A stretch of DNA of 53,554 bases from an uncultured Bacteroidia bacterium (lineage in GTDB: Bacteria; Bacteroidota; Bacteroidia; Bacteroidales; UBA932): the NCBI GenBank assembly GCA_902794615.1, contig CADBHY010000001.1, positions 1 to 53,554 of the forward strand. The letters are read 5' to 3'. Shown here piece by piece: positions 19,354 through 29,473 of the stretch. The stretch's first letter is position 1. Each line of letters starts with the position of its first letter. The notes under the pieces are model-generated. The model searched no databases. It was not told the DNA's origin and saw only the letters and a program-made list of their open reading frames with translations. A program made the translations under genes and the position numbers.

Positions 19354-22300
19354 TCAATCAAAGAAACGCATGGTGCGGAGCATCTCGAAAATCATGTCCA
19401 CGTACTTGGACGAGGTGTGGTCCCAGCTGAAGCCCAGCCGATAGAGCACCTGCATGGTAAAGTGGACGGAGGGCTGGTTCATCACCGTCTCGGCGTGGGA
19501 AGGAGACTGGGCATAGGCCACCAGGCTGCTCAGCTGCTGCGCCTTCCGGGAATCGGCCATCAGCGCCTGCATGCGGGCCATAAATTCCGGGAATTCGACG
19601 TATTCCAGCTTCCTGCCGTCAATCAGACTCAGGCGGGAGAGGATGTCTTCCATGGGGATGAGGTGGTTGTTGGAGACGTTGAAGACGCAGTTTTCGCGCG
19701 GGGTCCGGCACAGCAGCATCATGGCGCGGGCGCTCTCGTCAATGGGCGAGAACTCCATCTTGGCGTCCAAGAGCGAGTACGGGCAGGCGCCCAGCAGCTT
19801 GTAGGACCGGATGCGCCCCATGGCGGCATTGGCGTTCAGGTTCACCTGGAACTCGCCGTCCGAAGCACGCGGCGACAAGTTGCCGGCCCGCAGAATCTTG
19901 GCGTTCAAGGCCCCTGCAGCCATTTTTTCCAGGATGTAACGCTCGGCCAGGAACTTGGAATGGACGTACTGGTTGTCCGTTTGCTGGCCAAAGTACAGCT
20001 GCTGTTCCGACAGCTGCTTCGGGTGGCTGCCCATGCTCATGCCGGCCACGCTTTCCGTCGATACGTGCACCAGGCGGGCGCCCGTGGCTTCGCAGAAGGC
20101 GCAGAGGTTCTTGACCCCGCCGTAATTGATGTCCTCGATATCCGTTCCCTTGGAGAAGTGCTTCACGTTGGCGGCGCAGTTCACCACCAGCGTCCAGTGC
20201 GTTCCGGAGGTCTTGAGCGACTCAAAGACTTCCGTCTGGGTAATGTCTCCGTTTATCAGGCGGATGCGCTTTCCGATGAGGGGCCGATAGTCCTTCTCGA
20301 AATAATAGACCAGCATCTCACGCAGGCGCCGGTCCGTGCCGATGGTACCCTTGGGCCTGAGCAGGCACCAGATGACGGTGTCTTCGGGAGTGTTTTCCAC
20401 CAGTTCCCGCAGCATGTGGATGCCCAGGAAGCCGGTTGCCCCCGTAAGGAGAATCTGGCCCTCGACGCTCTGCATCCGGCCTCCGCCCAGCGCCTCCAGG
20501 GTATTGCCGGCAAGGAGGGTGTCGATGGCCGAATAGTCGTAGGAACTCACGTCGCCGTCTTCCTTGGGTGCCTGTACCCCCCCGCTCAGGAAAGCGGCCA
20601 GCTCACGGGCGGTGGGATGGGAGAAAACGTCGGCATAGGCAAACTGGAGGCCTTGTTTTTCGGCCTGCACCAAGACGTTGGTCACCATGAGCGAAGAGCC
20701 TCCCAGGTCGAAGAAATTGTCCGTCGCACCCACTTTTTCCATGCTCAGCACCTCGGCGAAAATCTCGCAGAGCTTCTTTTCCATCTCTCCCTCCGGGGCC
20801 ACGTAGTCCTGGCTGCTGTCGGGGGTGGGTTTGGGCAGGGCCTTGCGGTCCACCTTCTGGTTTACGTTCAGCGGAATCTTGTCCAGCTGCACAAAGGCGG
20901 CGGGCACCATATACGGGGGCTTCCGTTCCTTGATGAAGGCGGCGGCGGCCCGGCTGTCGAATTTTCCCTCGGCCACCACATAGGCGGCGATGAACTTGCC
21001 GCCGGAGGGGCTGTCGAAGGCCTGCACCGTCACGTCTTTCACGCCCGGGCACTCGCGCAGCACTTCCTCCACCTCCTTGAGCTCGATGCGGAAGCCGCGG
21101 ATTTTCACCTGGCCGTCCTGTCGGCCCACAAATTCAATATTTCCGTCAGGACGGAAGCGGACTATGTCTCCGGAGCGATAGGCCCGCATTCGGGCCGAAA
21201 ACGGGTTTTCTATGAAGGTTTCGGCGGTTTTATCCGGACGGTTCAGGTAACCGCGGCCCACACCGGCTCCGGCGATGAGCAGTTCCCCAGCCGCACCCAC
21301 GGGCAGGCGGCGGAAATCTCCGTCCGTCACATACATGAAACAGTTGTCCAGCGCATGGCCGATGGGAATGTTGGCCTCCTTCTTCCGGACGTCGAAGATG
21401 GTGGAGAAAATGGTGCATTCCGTGGGGCCGTAGCCGTTGTGGAAACCGTAGGAAGGCGGATCCATGGACACCAGCTTCTCTCCGCCCACGGAGAGGTGCT
21501 TCAGCGAGGGGTTCCGGGGGAAGTTCTTGGCATACATCACGCCCACCTGGGTGGTCATGAAGCTGTGGGTGATGCCTTTCCGGCTTATAAAGGCATCCAG
21601 CCGGCCCATGTCGTGGCGGGTTTCCTCCGGGATGATGCAAACGCAGGCTCCCGTGGTGAGGGCGGGATACAGGTCCATCATGCAGGCGTCAAAGCCGTAG
21701 CTGGCATAGGCCGCCACCTTGCTGCCGCTTTCCAGTCCGTAGTACCGGCGGTACCAGGCGCAGAAGTTCACCAGGTTCCGGTGCTCCAGCATCACGCCCT
21801 TGGGCACGCCGGTGGAGCCGGAGGTATAAAGCAGGATGAAGAGGTTTTCGGGCTTGGGGCCTTCCGGCACGGGGCCTTCGGGCAGCGTTTCCAGCTCTTC
21901 CGTGGTGAGCACGGGGCCCTTGTAGTCTTTGAGCAGCGGCAGCAGTTCCTTGTCGGCCACAAGGAGGCCCGCCGCGGCGTCGGCAATCATGAACTGCAGC
22001 CTTTCCTCCGGGTAGGAAGGGTCCAGCGGTTGGTAGGCGCATCCGGCCTTGAGGATGCCCAGGGAGGCCAGGGCCATCCATTCTCCCCGGCCGATAAGCA
22101 CGGACACCACGTCCTCGGCCCCGAGGCCCCTTGCGGCGATGGCGGCGGCAATGCGGTCGGTCAGGGCATCGGCCCGGGCATAGCTGTAGGTGATGTCCTG
22201 GAAGTTCACGGCCGGGGCGTCGGGCGTCATCCGAGCCTGCGTGCGGAAGAGGCTCACGATGGTTTGCGAGCCGTCCACCGGGAGGCTGTAGTGATTGAAG

Positions 22301-25300
22301 CCGTCCAGCTCCTTCAGGCGCTCTCCGTCCACAAAGGGAACCTCTTTCAGGAGCTTGTGCTCCAGCAGGCCGCGCACCACGCATTCCATGGCGTCGGCAA
22401 AGGCTTGCATGAGGGCGGGGCTGTACTTGCTGTCGTCATAGCCCAGGACGATGGACTCCTTGCCCTCGCTGCCATCGATATAGATGCTCAGGGGGAACTT
22501 GGGGGCGCCGGCCTCCAGGTTCTCGCCCGTGACGCTCTGTCCGTTCACGCGGTAATCGGCCAGGACGCCCACCTGGTAGGCCAGCATCACCTGCGGCTGG
22601 AAGCCGAAGTCGGCGGCTATTTTGGCGAAGGGGTATTCCTGGTGCTCCAGGGTGGCCTGAAAGTCTTGGTCGCACTGCTTCAGGAAGGCCTCGGTGTCCT
22701 CAATGGAGCAGTCTCCCTTCAGGGCCAGGGTGTTTACGAACATGCCGAAACTGTCGGCCGTCCGGAGGTTGCCGCGACCGTTGCTGATGGTACAGATATA
22801 AACCTTCTTGCTGGCGCTGTAGGCGCTCAGGCTAAGGTAGGCGGCGCCCAGATAGAAGCTGGCGGGAGAGATGCCCAGCGTCTTGCACAGGGGGTGGATA
22901 TTGGCGCCCACTTCCCTGCGCAGGAAGACCTCGCGGCCGCCCTGTCCGCCGGTCTCCAGGTCCGGAATAACGGCCGACGGGCTTTCCAGGCCGGCGAGCT
23001 GCCCGGCAAAGAATTCCCGGGCCCGGGCATAGGCCTCGCCGCTTTCGGCGGCCTGCTGCTCGGCAGAGTATTGGAAATAGGTATAGCTTTCCGGGGCGAT
23101 GTCCTTTCCTTCCAGCGCGGCGCAGATTTCCTGGATGAAGATGTCGTAGCTGCGGCCGTCGAAGACCAGGTGGTGGAAGTCGCTCAGAAGGTAGGTATGG
23201 CCGCTTTCGGAAAGGATTTCCACCTTGCCGAGGGGGCCTTTCCCCAGGTCGAAGGGGCAGGTGAAGCCTTCCCGTGCGGCCTGCAGGCTGCCTTCCCGCA
23301 CGGTGACGGGAACGGGAATGTCCGTGGGAACCTGGCAAATCTGTCCGTCCCGCTGCTCAAAGCGGCTCTGCAACGCCGGGTGGGCGGCCAGCACCTTTTC
23401 CACGGCCTGTTTGAGCGCCCCGGCCGACACTTCCCCGGGGAAGGTCCACAGCATGGGAATGTTGTAGATGGTCTCGTGGGGGGCTTTCATGCAGTCCAGG
23501 TACACGCCGGCCTGCTGGTTGGTGAGGGCCTGGGGGTGGAGCGCTTCTTCGCCCTGCGCGGAGCCGGAAGGGCCGCCCCCTTCCATGAGCTTTTTAAGCA
23601 CTTCGTTTTCAATGCTTTGCAAGGTTGCGGTTTTGGCAAAGCTGTTCATATCGGCCTGAACGCCGTAGCGCTTGAACAGCTCCGTTGCCAGGCGTAGGCC
23701 GCTCAGGGAGCTTAGCCCGTACAGCATCAGGGGTTCCGTGAGCCCGGCTCCTTCGATGCCGGTGGTTTCCTTCAGGAGGGCCGCCAGTTCCTGTTCCAGG
23801 ATGTTCAGCGGGGCGGCTTCCTGCCGGTCGGCCTTTTGCACCTGCGGCTTGGGCAGGGCCTTGCGGTCTACTTTCTGGTTTACGTTGAGGGGGATGACGT
23901 CTATCTGCATGGTAACGGCGGGTACCATGTAGGGCGGTTTGCGTTCCAGGATAAAGGCGTTAAGCGCCTTGATGTCAATTTGTTTATCGCTTACCACATA
24001 GGCGGCCATGAACTTGCCGCCGCCCTCCTGGTCGAAGGCCTGCACGGTGACGTCGCGGATGTCCGGGAATTCCCGGATGACGGCTTCCACTTCCTTGAGT
24101 TCAATGCGGAATCCGCGGATTTTCACCTGGGCGTCCTTCCGGCCGATAAATTCGATGTCTCCGTCTTCGCGGTAGCGCACGATGTCTCCGGTGCGGTACA
24201 GGCGCCTGTAAGCGGGGTTTTTGTCAAAGGGGTTGTCCAGGAAGGCCTCGGCCGTTTTTTCGGGCTTGCCCAGGTAACCGTCGCCCACCTGCTGTCCGGC
24301 GGTCCAGAGTTCGCCGGCGGCACCGGGAGGCAGCAGGGCACCGCCTTTGGACACCACATAGGTGCGGATGCCCGGCAGGGCCTGGCCGATAGGGATATTC
24401 TCTTCGGACACCTTCACTTCTTTGCTCAGCGTATAGCACAGGCTTTCGCTGGGGCCGTAGCAGTTGAACAGGCGGTAGTCGGGAAGCTGGATCCGGGGCA
24501 TTTTCTCGCCGCCGGTAAAGAGCACTTCCAGGCCTTTGCACTGCGGATAGGCGCTTACGAACTGCACGGCCACCTGTGTGGTCATCAGCACATGCGTGAT
24601 GCCGTTTTCTTCGTAATATTGGTGCAGGGCGGAGAGGTCCAGGCGGATTTCTTCGGGGACGATGTAAAGGCTGGCGCCGCTGACGCAGGCGTCGGCAAAG
24701 TCTCCCACAAAGGCGTCAAAGCCGAAGCTGGCATAGGCCGCCAGGCGGGAGCGGGAGCTGATGCCCAGGTTCACCGCACAGCGCCGGGCATACAGGGACA
24801 GGCTTCTGTGCGGCAGCATGCAGCCCTTGGGCTGTCCCGTGGTGCCGCTGGTGTACAGAAGCGTGGCCAGCATGTCCATGCCGGGCTTTGCCTTCGGGCT
24901 GCCTTCGGGGAGGGCGGCAATCTCTTCCGTTTTCAGGACGGGCCCCTGGAAGCCTTCGACCAGATGTCCGTCGGTGATAAGGAGGGCCGCATCGGCATCC
25001 TGAATCATGTATTGCAGACGTTCCGCGGGGTAGGAAGGGTCCAGCGGCTGGTAGGCGCAACCGGCTTTCAATACGCCAAGGGGCGCCAGGAACATGTATT
25101 CGTTGCGTCCCAGGATAATGGAAACGACTTTTCCGTTGCCGATATGCTGCTCGATATAGGCGGCCAGCTTGTCGCTCAGCAGGTCTGCCTCCCGGTAGGT
25201 ATAGCTGTGCTCTTTGTACCTTACAGCCGTCTGGGAGGGCGTTTTCCGGGCGTTTTCACGGAACAGGTCAAGCAGGTTTTTCTCCGGGTCAAGCCGGTCT

Positions 25301-26586
25301 TCCTGCGGCTGGAAGCCGTCCAGGGTTTTGAGCTGGGCGGGAGAGGCGAAGTCCAGCCGGCCCACGGTATCGGCCTTTTTGAGTGATAGGACAGCCGTCG
25401 AGAGGCTTAGGGCGAAGTTTCTGAGGATGCTTTCCGAGTATTGGTCCGGCCTATACCAGAAACGCATTTTGTAGGGGCCTTCCGCGGGCGTGAAGAATTC
25501 CGTGGACAGGCCGCCCAGCCCCGGAGGGTTGGTGCGGAGGTCTTCTCCCGGGATGGTCTCCCCTCCCAGGACAAGGCTGGGATTGGCGGGGACAAACTGT
25601 CCCTGGAAGCCGAAGTTGATGCCCGGGGTGAGGCCCAGGTAGGTGCTGCAGTCGGCTATCGAGAAGAAGGGACGGGCCCTGAGGCCCACAGCCTGGGCTT
25701 TCATTTGTTCCAGGACGTCTTTCAGCGGCGTTTCGGGGCCGGCATTCACATAGGCAGGCAGGGTGTGTACGCACATGGTGAAGGCGGTGCGGGAATCTGC
25801 GCCTTTGCGGCCGTTCCAGATGGTGGAGAAGCTGGCGGCGGTATCGGCGTTCCAGGCGGCCAGCGTCAGGCCGAAGAGGGCCGTGAAAAGGACGCTGTCG
25901 GCATAGCGGTAGCGCTCCAGCACTTCGCGCATGGCGGCGGCGGAGAGGGGCAGGTCCACCGTGAGCTCCTTGTAGGCCTGTTTCGGGGCGCCGTAAACGT
26001 CCGGGATTATGCGGCTTTCGGTGTCGGCGGCCGCGCCGAACTCGGCGGCAAACCACGTCTTGGCCTCCTCGAAGGCCTCGCTTTCGCGCAACTTCTGTTC
26101 CTCAAGGGCAAGCTGAGCGCCGCTTATCTTTTCGGCCGGAACTTCCCGGCCGTCGTAGGCGGCACTCAGGTGGTTCAGGATAATGGGGATGCAGGCCCCG
26201 TCGGCAATGATGTGGTGAAAGTCCACGTAGAGGTATGCGTCCGTGGGCGTTTTATAGATTTCCAGGCGGAAAAGCCTGTCCTGAAGTAGGTTCATGGGCA
26301 CGGCAAAGCCCTTTCGGGCCTCCTCGATGCTGCCCACCTCCTTAATCTCGGCCGTCCATTGCTCTCCGGACTCCACCATGACGGGGGCGCCGCTTTCGGT
26401 GCTGATGCGCGAGAGAATGTAGGGATGGGTGGACACCAGCGACTCCAAGGCCCCTTTCAGCTTTTCCAGCTCAATATGGCCGGGAAGCTTGAACAGCAGC
26501 GCCTGCTGGTAATTGCCGGAAAAACGGTCCAGTCCTTGGCTGGCAAGGAAGATGCTCAGTTGGGCTTGCGAGAGGGGGGATGTCAT
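19354..26586 (-). CDS. Bimodular NRPS, C-A-T-C-A-T-R (terminal thioester reductase)
   Basis: C motifs HHIIADG and HHLVFDG; A motifs YTSGTTGQPKG and YTSGSTGVPKG, YGPxE, RxGD, KIRGFRIEL, NQKVDR; T motifs YGLSSL and FFDLGGSSL; R motifs LLTGATGFLG and YVHSK. Start 26586 is preferred because a -7 element lies at 26608-26615; the ORF track start is 26625. Confidence 0.95.
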   Translation of the reverse strand: MTSPLSQAQLSIFLASQGLDRFSGNYQQALLFKLPGHIELEKLKGALESLVSTHPYILSRISTESGAPVMVESGEQWTAEIKEVGSIEEARKGFAVPMNLLQDRLFRLEIYKTPTDAYLYVDFHHIIADGACIPIILNHLSAAYDGREVPAEKISGAQLALEEQKLRESEAFEEAKTWFAAEFGAAADTESRIIPDVYGAPKQAYKELTVDLPLSAAAMREVLERYRYADSVLFTALFGLTLAAWNADTAASFSTIWNGRKGADSRTAFTMCVHTLPAYVNAGPETPLKDVLEQMKAQAVGLRARPFFSIADCSTYLGLTPGINFGFQGQFVPANPSLVLGGETIPGEDLRTNPPGLGGLSTEFFTPAEGPYKMRFWYRPDQYSESILRNFALSLSTAVLSLKKADTVGRLDFASPAQLKTLDGFQPQEDRLDPEKNLLDLFRENARKTPSQTAVRYKEHSYTYREADLLSDKLAAYIEQHIGNGKVVSIILGRNEYMFLAPLGVLKAGCAYQPLDPSYPAERLQYMIQDADAALLITDGHLVEGFQGPVLKTEEIAALPEGSPKAKPGMDMLATLLYTSGTTGQPKGCMLPHRSLSLYARRCAVNLGISSRSRLAAYASFGFDAFVGDFADACVSGASLYIVPEEIRLDLSALHQYYEENGITHVLMTTQVAVQFVSAYPQCKGLEVLFTGGEKMPRIQLPDYRLFNCYGPSESLCYTLSKEVKVSEENIPIGQALPGIRTYVVSKGGALLPPGAAGELWTAGQQVGDGYLGKPEKTAEAFLDNPFDKNPAYRRLYRTGDIVRYREDGDIEFIGRKDAQVKIRGFRIELKEVEAVIREFPDIRDVTVQAFDQEGGGKFMAAYVVSDKQIDIKALNAFILERKPPYMVPAVTMQIDVIPLNVNQKVDRKALPKPQVQKADRQEAAPLNILEQELAALLKETTGIEGAGLTEPLMLYGLSSLSGLRLATELFKRYGVQADMNSFAKTATLQSIENEVLKKLMEGGGPSGSAQGEEALHPQALTNQQAGVYLDCMKAPHETIYNIPMLWTFPGEVSAGALKQAVEKVLAAHPALQSRFEQRDGQICQVPTDIPVPVTVREGSLQAAREGFTCPFDLGKGPLGKVEILSESGHTYLLSDFHHLVFDGRSYDIFIQEICAALEGKDIAPESYTYFQYSAEQQAAESGEAYARAREFFAGQLAGLESPSAVIPDLETGGQGGREVFLRREVGANIHPLCKTLGISPASFYLGAAYLSLSAYSASKKVYICTISNGRGNLRTADSFGMFVNTLALKGDCSIEDTEAFLKQCDQDFQATLEHQEYPFAKIAADFGFQPQVMLAYQVGVLADYRVNGQSVTGENLEAGAPKFPLSIYIDGSEGKESIVLGYDDSKYSPALMQAFADAMECVVRGLLEHKLLKEVPFVDGERLKELDGFNHYSLPVDGSQTIVSLFRTQARMTPDAPAVNFQDITYSYARADALTDRIAAAIAARGLGAEDVVSVLIGRGEWMALASLGILKAGCAYQPLDPSYPEERLQFMIADAAAGLLVADKELLPLLKDYKGPVLTTEELETLPEGPVPEGPKPENLFILLYTSGSTGVPKGVMLEHRNLVNFCAWYRRYYGLESGSKVAAYASYGFDACMMDLYPALTTGACVCIIPEETRHDMGRLDAFISRKGITHSFMTTQVGVMYAKNFPRNPSLKHLSVGGEKLVSMDPPSYGFHNGYGPTECTIFSTIFDVRKKEANIPIGHALDNCFMYVTDGDFRRLPVGAAGELLIAGAGVGRGYLNRPDKTAETFIENPFSARMRAYRSGDIVRFRPDGNIEFVGRQDGQVKIRGFRIELKEVEEVLRECPGVKDVTVQAFDSPSGGKFIAAYVVAEGKFDSRAAAAFIKERKPPYMVPAAFVQLDKIPLNVNQKVDRKALPKPTPDSSQDYVAPEGEMEKKLCEIFAEVLSMEKVGATDNFFDLGGSSLMVTNVLVQAEKQGLQFAYADVFSHPTARELAAFLSGGVQAPKEDGDVSSYDYSAIDTLLAGNTLEALGGGRMQSVEGQILLTGATGFLGIHMLRELVENTPEDTVIWCLLRPKGTIGTDRRLREMLVYYFEKDYRPLIGKRIRLINGDITQTEVFESLKTSGTHWTLVVNCAANVKHFSKGTDIEDINYGGVKNLCAFCEATGARLVHVSTESVAGMSMGSHPKQLSEQQLYFGQQTDNQYVHSKFLAERYILEKMAAGALNAKILRAGNLSPRASDGEFQVNLNANAAMGRIRSYKLLGACPYSLLDAKMEFSPIDESARAMMLLCRTPRENCVFNVSNNHLIPMEDILSRLSLIDGRKLEYVEFPEFMARMQALMADSRKAQQLSSLVAYAQSPSHAETVMNQPSVHFTMQVLYRLGFSWDHTSSKYVDMIFEMLRTMRFFD

Positions 26587-26607
26587 GTCTTTTTCTTTAG
26601 GTCTGTA

Positions 26608-26643
26608 CAAATTTAGAATTTTCATTTGAATTATGTATCTTTA
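26608..26643. promoter_or_regulatory. Overlapping divergent promoters for the NRPS and the sensor phosphatase
   Basis: TAAATTTG on the minus strand at 26608-26615; TATCTTTA on the plus strand at 26636-26643. Confidence 0.6.
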
Positions 26644-26647
26644 CCGC

Positions 26648-28753
26648 ATGAAAATCGCCAAAAGAAACTGGCTCTTCCGTTTGGGGATTGTGGTGATTGC
26701 GGCTTTGCTGATGGAGTTAATCTCCTTTATCCAGTACAGCCAGACCCGTAAGATAATGGAAGAGGAGATGAATATCCGGTCCCGCGTGGTTCTGGGAGCC
26801 ATGGCCGACAGGATAGACCACGTCATGGAGCTCACGGAAGCCACCATGCGGGAGAACCTGCTGTATCTGAGGCGTAGCCTGGACCAGCCCGATTCGGCCT
26901 CCCGGGCACTTGTTTACCTGATTGACGACAATCCGCACGTGGTGGGAGGGAGCCTGGCCTTCATCCCCGCTTATTATCCGTCCAAGGGGCGCCTGTTCGA
27001 GCCTTACGCCACCAAGGAAAACGGCCGGATTGTGCTGCGGCAGATTGCCGGCGACAAGCACGACTATACCCGGACAGACTTTTACATAGACGCGCTCAGC
27101 TCCGGAAAGGCCGATTGGTCCGACCCTTATTCCTACACCGACGGACAAACCCGCAACCTCATCTCTTACTCCAGCCCCGTTACCGACGCTTCCGGCCGCA
27201 TCGTGGCTGTCTGCAGCCTGGACATGGACCTTTCCTGGATGGGAGACACCCTGAATGCCAGCCAGCGTTTTCCCTCTTCCTTCGGCCTGCTGCTTACGAA
27301 GGATTTCAGGCTGGTGGCCGGTCCCTTGCCCGACAAGATTTCCCCCGCCCTGGTGGAGCAGGCCCTGGGCCTCCTTCGCAGCGGGATGGAGAAATCGGCC
27401 GACGGAGACATTTTCCTGCGTACTTTGAGCCTGCGGAGAGACGCCTACTGGCAAATTGCCCAGGTTTACAAGTCGGACGAGGTTTATGCCCATATCCGCC
27501 AGATTCGCTCGCGGCAGGTGATACTCCTTCTGCTGGGCCTGGCCGTGCTCTTTTTTATGATAGACCGCTTTGCCCGGAGCGAGCGGAAGTTGAGGTCGGC
27601 ATCCGAGGAGCAGGCCCGGATTTCCGGCGAGCTGGCCGTGGCCCGGGACATTCAGCGGAAAATGCTGCCTACCGATTTCCCCGAGGGTGTTTTCGGCCGA
27701 TTGGAACCGGCCCTGGAGGTGGGCGGAGACATCTACGATTTCTATATCCGGGACGGAAAGCTGTTTTTCTGTATCGGCGACGTGAGCGGAAAGGGGGTTC
27801 CGGCCGCGATGGTGATGGCCGTGACGCACTCTTTGTTCCGGATGGTTTCCAGAAAGGAGGAGAGTCCTTCCCATATTTTGGCCGCCCTGAACGAGCAGCT
27901 TTGCAACAGCCGGGAGTCCAATATGTTTGTCACCTGCTTTGTGGGCTGCCTGGATTTATATACCGGGAAACTCCGCTTTGCCAACGCCGGGCACGACAAG
28001 CCTTTTGTGCTGTCGGCCGGTGTTTCGCTCCTTCCCGCCAAGGCCAATCTCCCGCTGGGTGTTTTCCCGCAGACGGCCTTTGTTGAGCAGGCGCTGGAAC
28101 TTTCTCCCGGAGACACGCTCTTCCTTTATACCGACGGCCTTACCGAGGCAAAGAACCTTTCCCGCAAGGCTTTGGGCCGTGACCGCGTCCAAGCGTGCCT
28201 TGCCGCCGGTCTTTCCTCCGGTGCAAATTCCGCCTCGCAGCTGGTTCAGGCCATGGCCCAGACGGTGCGTGCGTTTGTGGGAGAGGCGCCCCAAAGCGAC
28301 GACATGGCCCTTCTTGCCATCCGTTACCTGCCCGGCGATTTGTTGCGTGAGCAGATAGTCCTTACCAATATAAAATCCGAAGTATCCCGTTTGAGCGACT
28401 TTGTCAAGGCCTTTTTCGAGCGCCTCTCCTTGGACCGCAAACAGGCTTCCGGCCTCCGTCTGGCCTTGGAAGAGACGGTGGTGAACGTGATTAATTACGC
28501 TTATCCCGCCGGAGAAACAGGGGACGTTGCGGTTTATGCCGACAGCAACCACCGCGAGGTCCGTTTCACCGTTGTGGATTCCGGCTTTCCCTTTGACCCG
28601 ACGGCTGTTTTGTCGGCCGATACCACCCTGGATGCCAAGAACAGGCCTATCGGCGGGCTGGGAATCTATCTTACGCGGAAGCTTGTAGATTCGGTCTCCT
28701 ACTGCCGCAAGAACAATCAGAATGTATTAACTTTAACCAAATCCATATCATGA
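26648..28753 (+). CDS. Membrane sensor: Cache domain + SpoIIE/RsbU PP2C phosphatase + RsbW-like HATPase kinase
   Basis: TM-Cache(WSDPY)-TM; ARDIQRKMLP, EVGGDIYD, IGDVSGKG, NAGH, YTDGLTE, QSDD; then LALEETVVNVINYAY, DSGFPFDP, GGLGIYL. Confidence 0.92.
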   Translation: MKIAKRNWLFRLGIVVIAALLMELISFIQYSQTRKIMEEEMNIRSRVVLGAMADRIDHVMELTEATMRENLLYLRRSLDQPDSASRALVYLIDDNPHVVGGSLAFIPAYYPSKGRLFEPYATKENGRIVLRQIAGDKHDYTRTDFYIDALSSGKADWSDPYSYTDGQTRNLISYSSPVTDASGRIVAVCSLDMDLSWMGDTLNASQRFPSSFGLLLTKDFRLVAGPLPDKISPALVEQALGLLRSGMEKSADGDIFLRTLSLRRDAYWQIAQVYKSDEVYAHIRQIRSRQVILLLLGLAVLFFMIDRFARSERKLRSASEEQARISGELAVARDIQRKMLPTDFPEGVFGRLEPALEVGGDIYDFYIRDGKLFFCIGDVSGKGVPAAMVMAVTHSLFRMVSRKEESPSHILAALNEQLCNSRESNMFVTCFVGCLDLYTGKLRFANAGHDKPFVLSAGVSLLPAKANLPLGVFPQTAFVEQALELSPGDTLFLYTDGLTEAKNLSRKALGRDRVQACLAAGLSSGANSASQLVQAMAQTVRAFVGEAPQSDDMALLAIRYLPGDLLREQIVLTNIKSEVSRLSDFVKAFFERLSLDRKQASGLRLALEETVVNVINYAYPAGETGDVAVYADSNHREVRFTVVDSGFPFDPTAVLSADTTLDAKNRPIGGLGIYLTRKLVDSVSYCRKNNQNVLTLTKSIS

Positions 28754-29052
28754 CAACCCGCATTGAAGAAATTGACGGCAAGCTTGTCGCTACGCTCATA
28801 GGCGAACTGGACACGGCTGCCGCTCCCGAGACGGAAAAGGCCCTGCAGCCCCTTTTGGACTGCAAAGGAAAGGATATTGTTATTGACTGCACGGAGTTGG
28901 AGTATATTGCCTCCAGCGGCCTCCGTCTCCTTTTGGGAATACTGAAACAGGCTCAGGAGGTAGGTTCCCGCGTTGTCCTTAAAAACGTCAACGACGTGGT
29001 GAAGGACGTATTAGACCTGACAGGTTTCGTATCTATTTTTGAATTCGAGTAG
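28750..29052 (+). CDS. STAS domain anti-anti-sigma factor
   Basis: GELDT, LEYIASSGLR (phosphoacceptor Ser), VLDLTGF. Confidence 0.93.
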   Translation: MTTRIEEIDGKLVATLIGELDTAAAPETEKALQPLLDCKGKDIVIDCTELEYIASSGLRLLLGILKQAQEVGSRVVLKNVNDVVKDVLDLTGFVSIFEFE

Positions 29053-29053
29053 G

Positions 29054-29473
29054 ATGGTTTCATATTTCACCGAAGATTGCAAGTTTGCGTTCAAGGAAAA
29101 GCGTCTGACTTCCCGTTGGCTCAAGTTTGTGGCCGAGAGTGAGTCCAAGCGCCTGGGAGACATTTCCGTTATATTTTGTTCCGATAATTATATTCTGGAT
29201 GTCAATATAAAATATCTGCAACACGATTATTATACGGACATTATCACCTTTGACTACTGTGAGGGTGAGCGGCTTTCCGGAGACCTTTTTATCAGTGTTG
29301 ATTCCGTGCGTGAAAACGCCTCCTTCTATGGGACCGAGTTTGCCGATGAGCTTAACCGCGTGATTGTCCACGGCCTTTTGCACCTTATAGGATATGATGA
29401 CCATACCGAAGAGGACATTGCCCAGATGCGGGCCAAGGAGAATTACTACCTTTCCCAGCGCCCTAAGATATGA
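29054..29473 (+). CDS. ybeY: rRNA maturation RNase YbeY
   Basis: TDIITF, GDLFIS, HGLLHLIGYDD zinc motif. Confidence 0.95.
   Translation: MVSYFTEDCKFAFKEKRLTSRWLKFVAESESKRLGDISVIFCSDNYILDVNIKYLQHDYYTDIITFDYCEGERLSGDLFISVDSVRENASFYGTEFADELNRVIVHGLLHLIGYDDHTEEDIAQMRAKENYYLSQRPKI

Noticed and set aside
18994-23697. 1567-aa plus-strand ORF
   Set aside because: Antisense shadow of the GC-rich NRPS; long stop-free antisense frames are expected with this codon bias.
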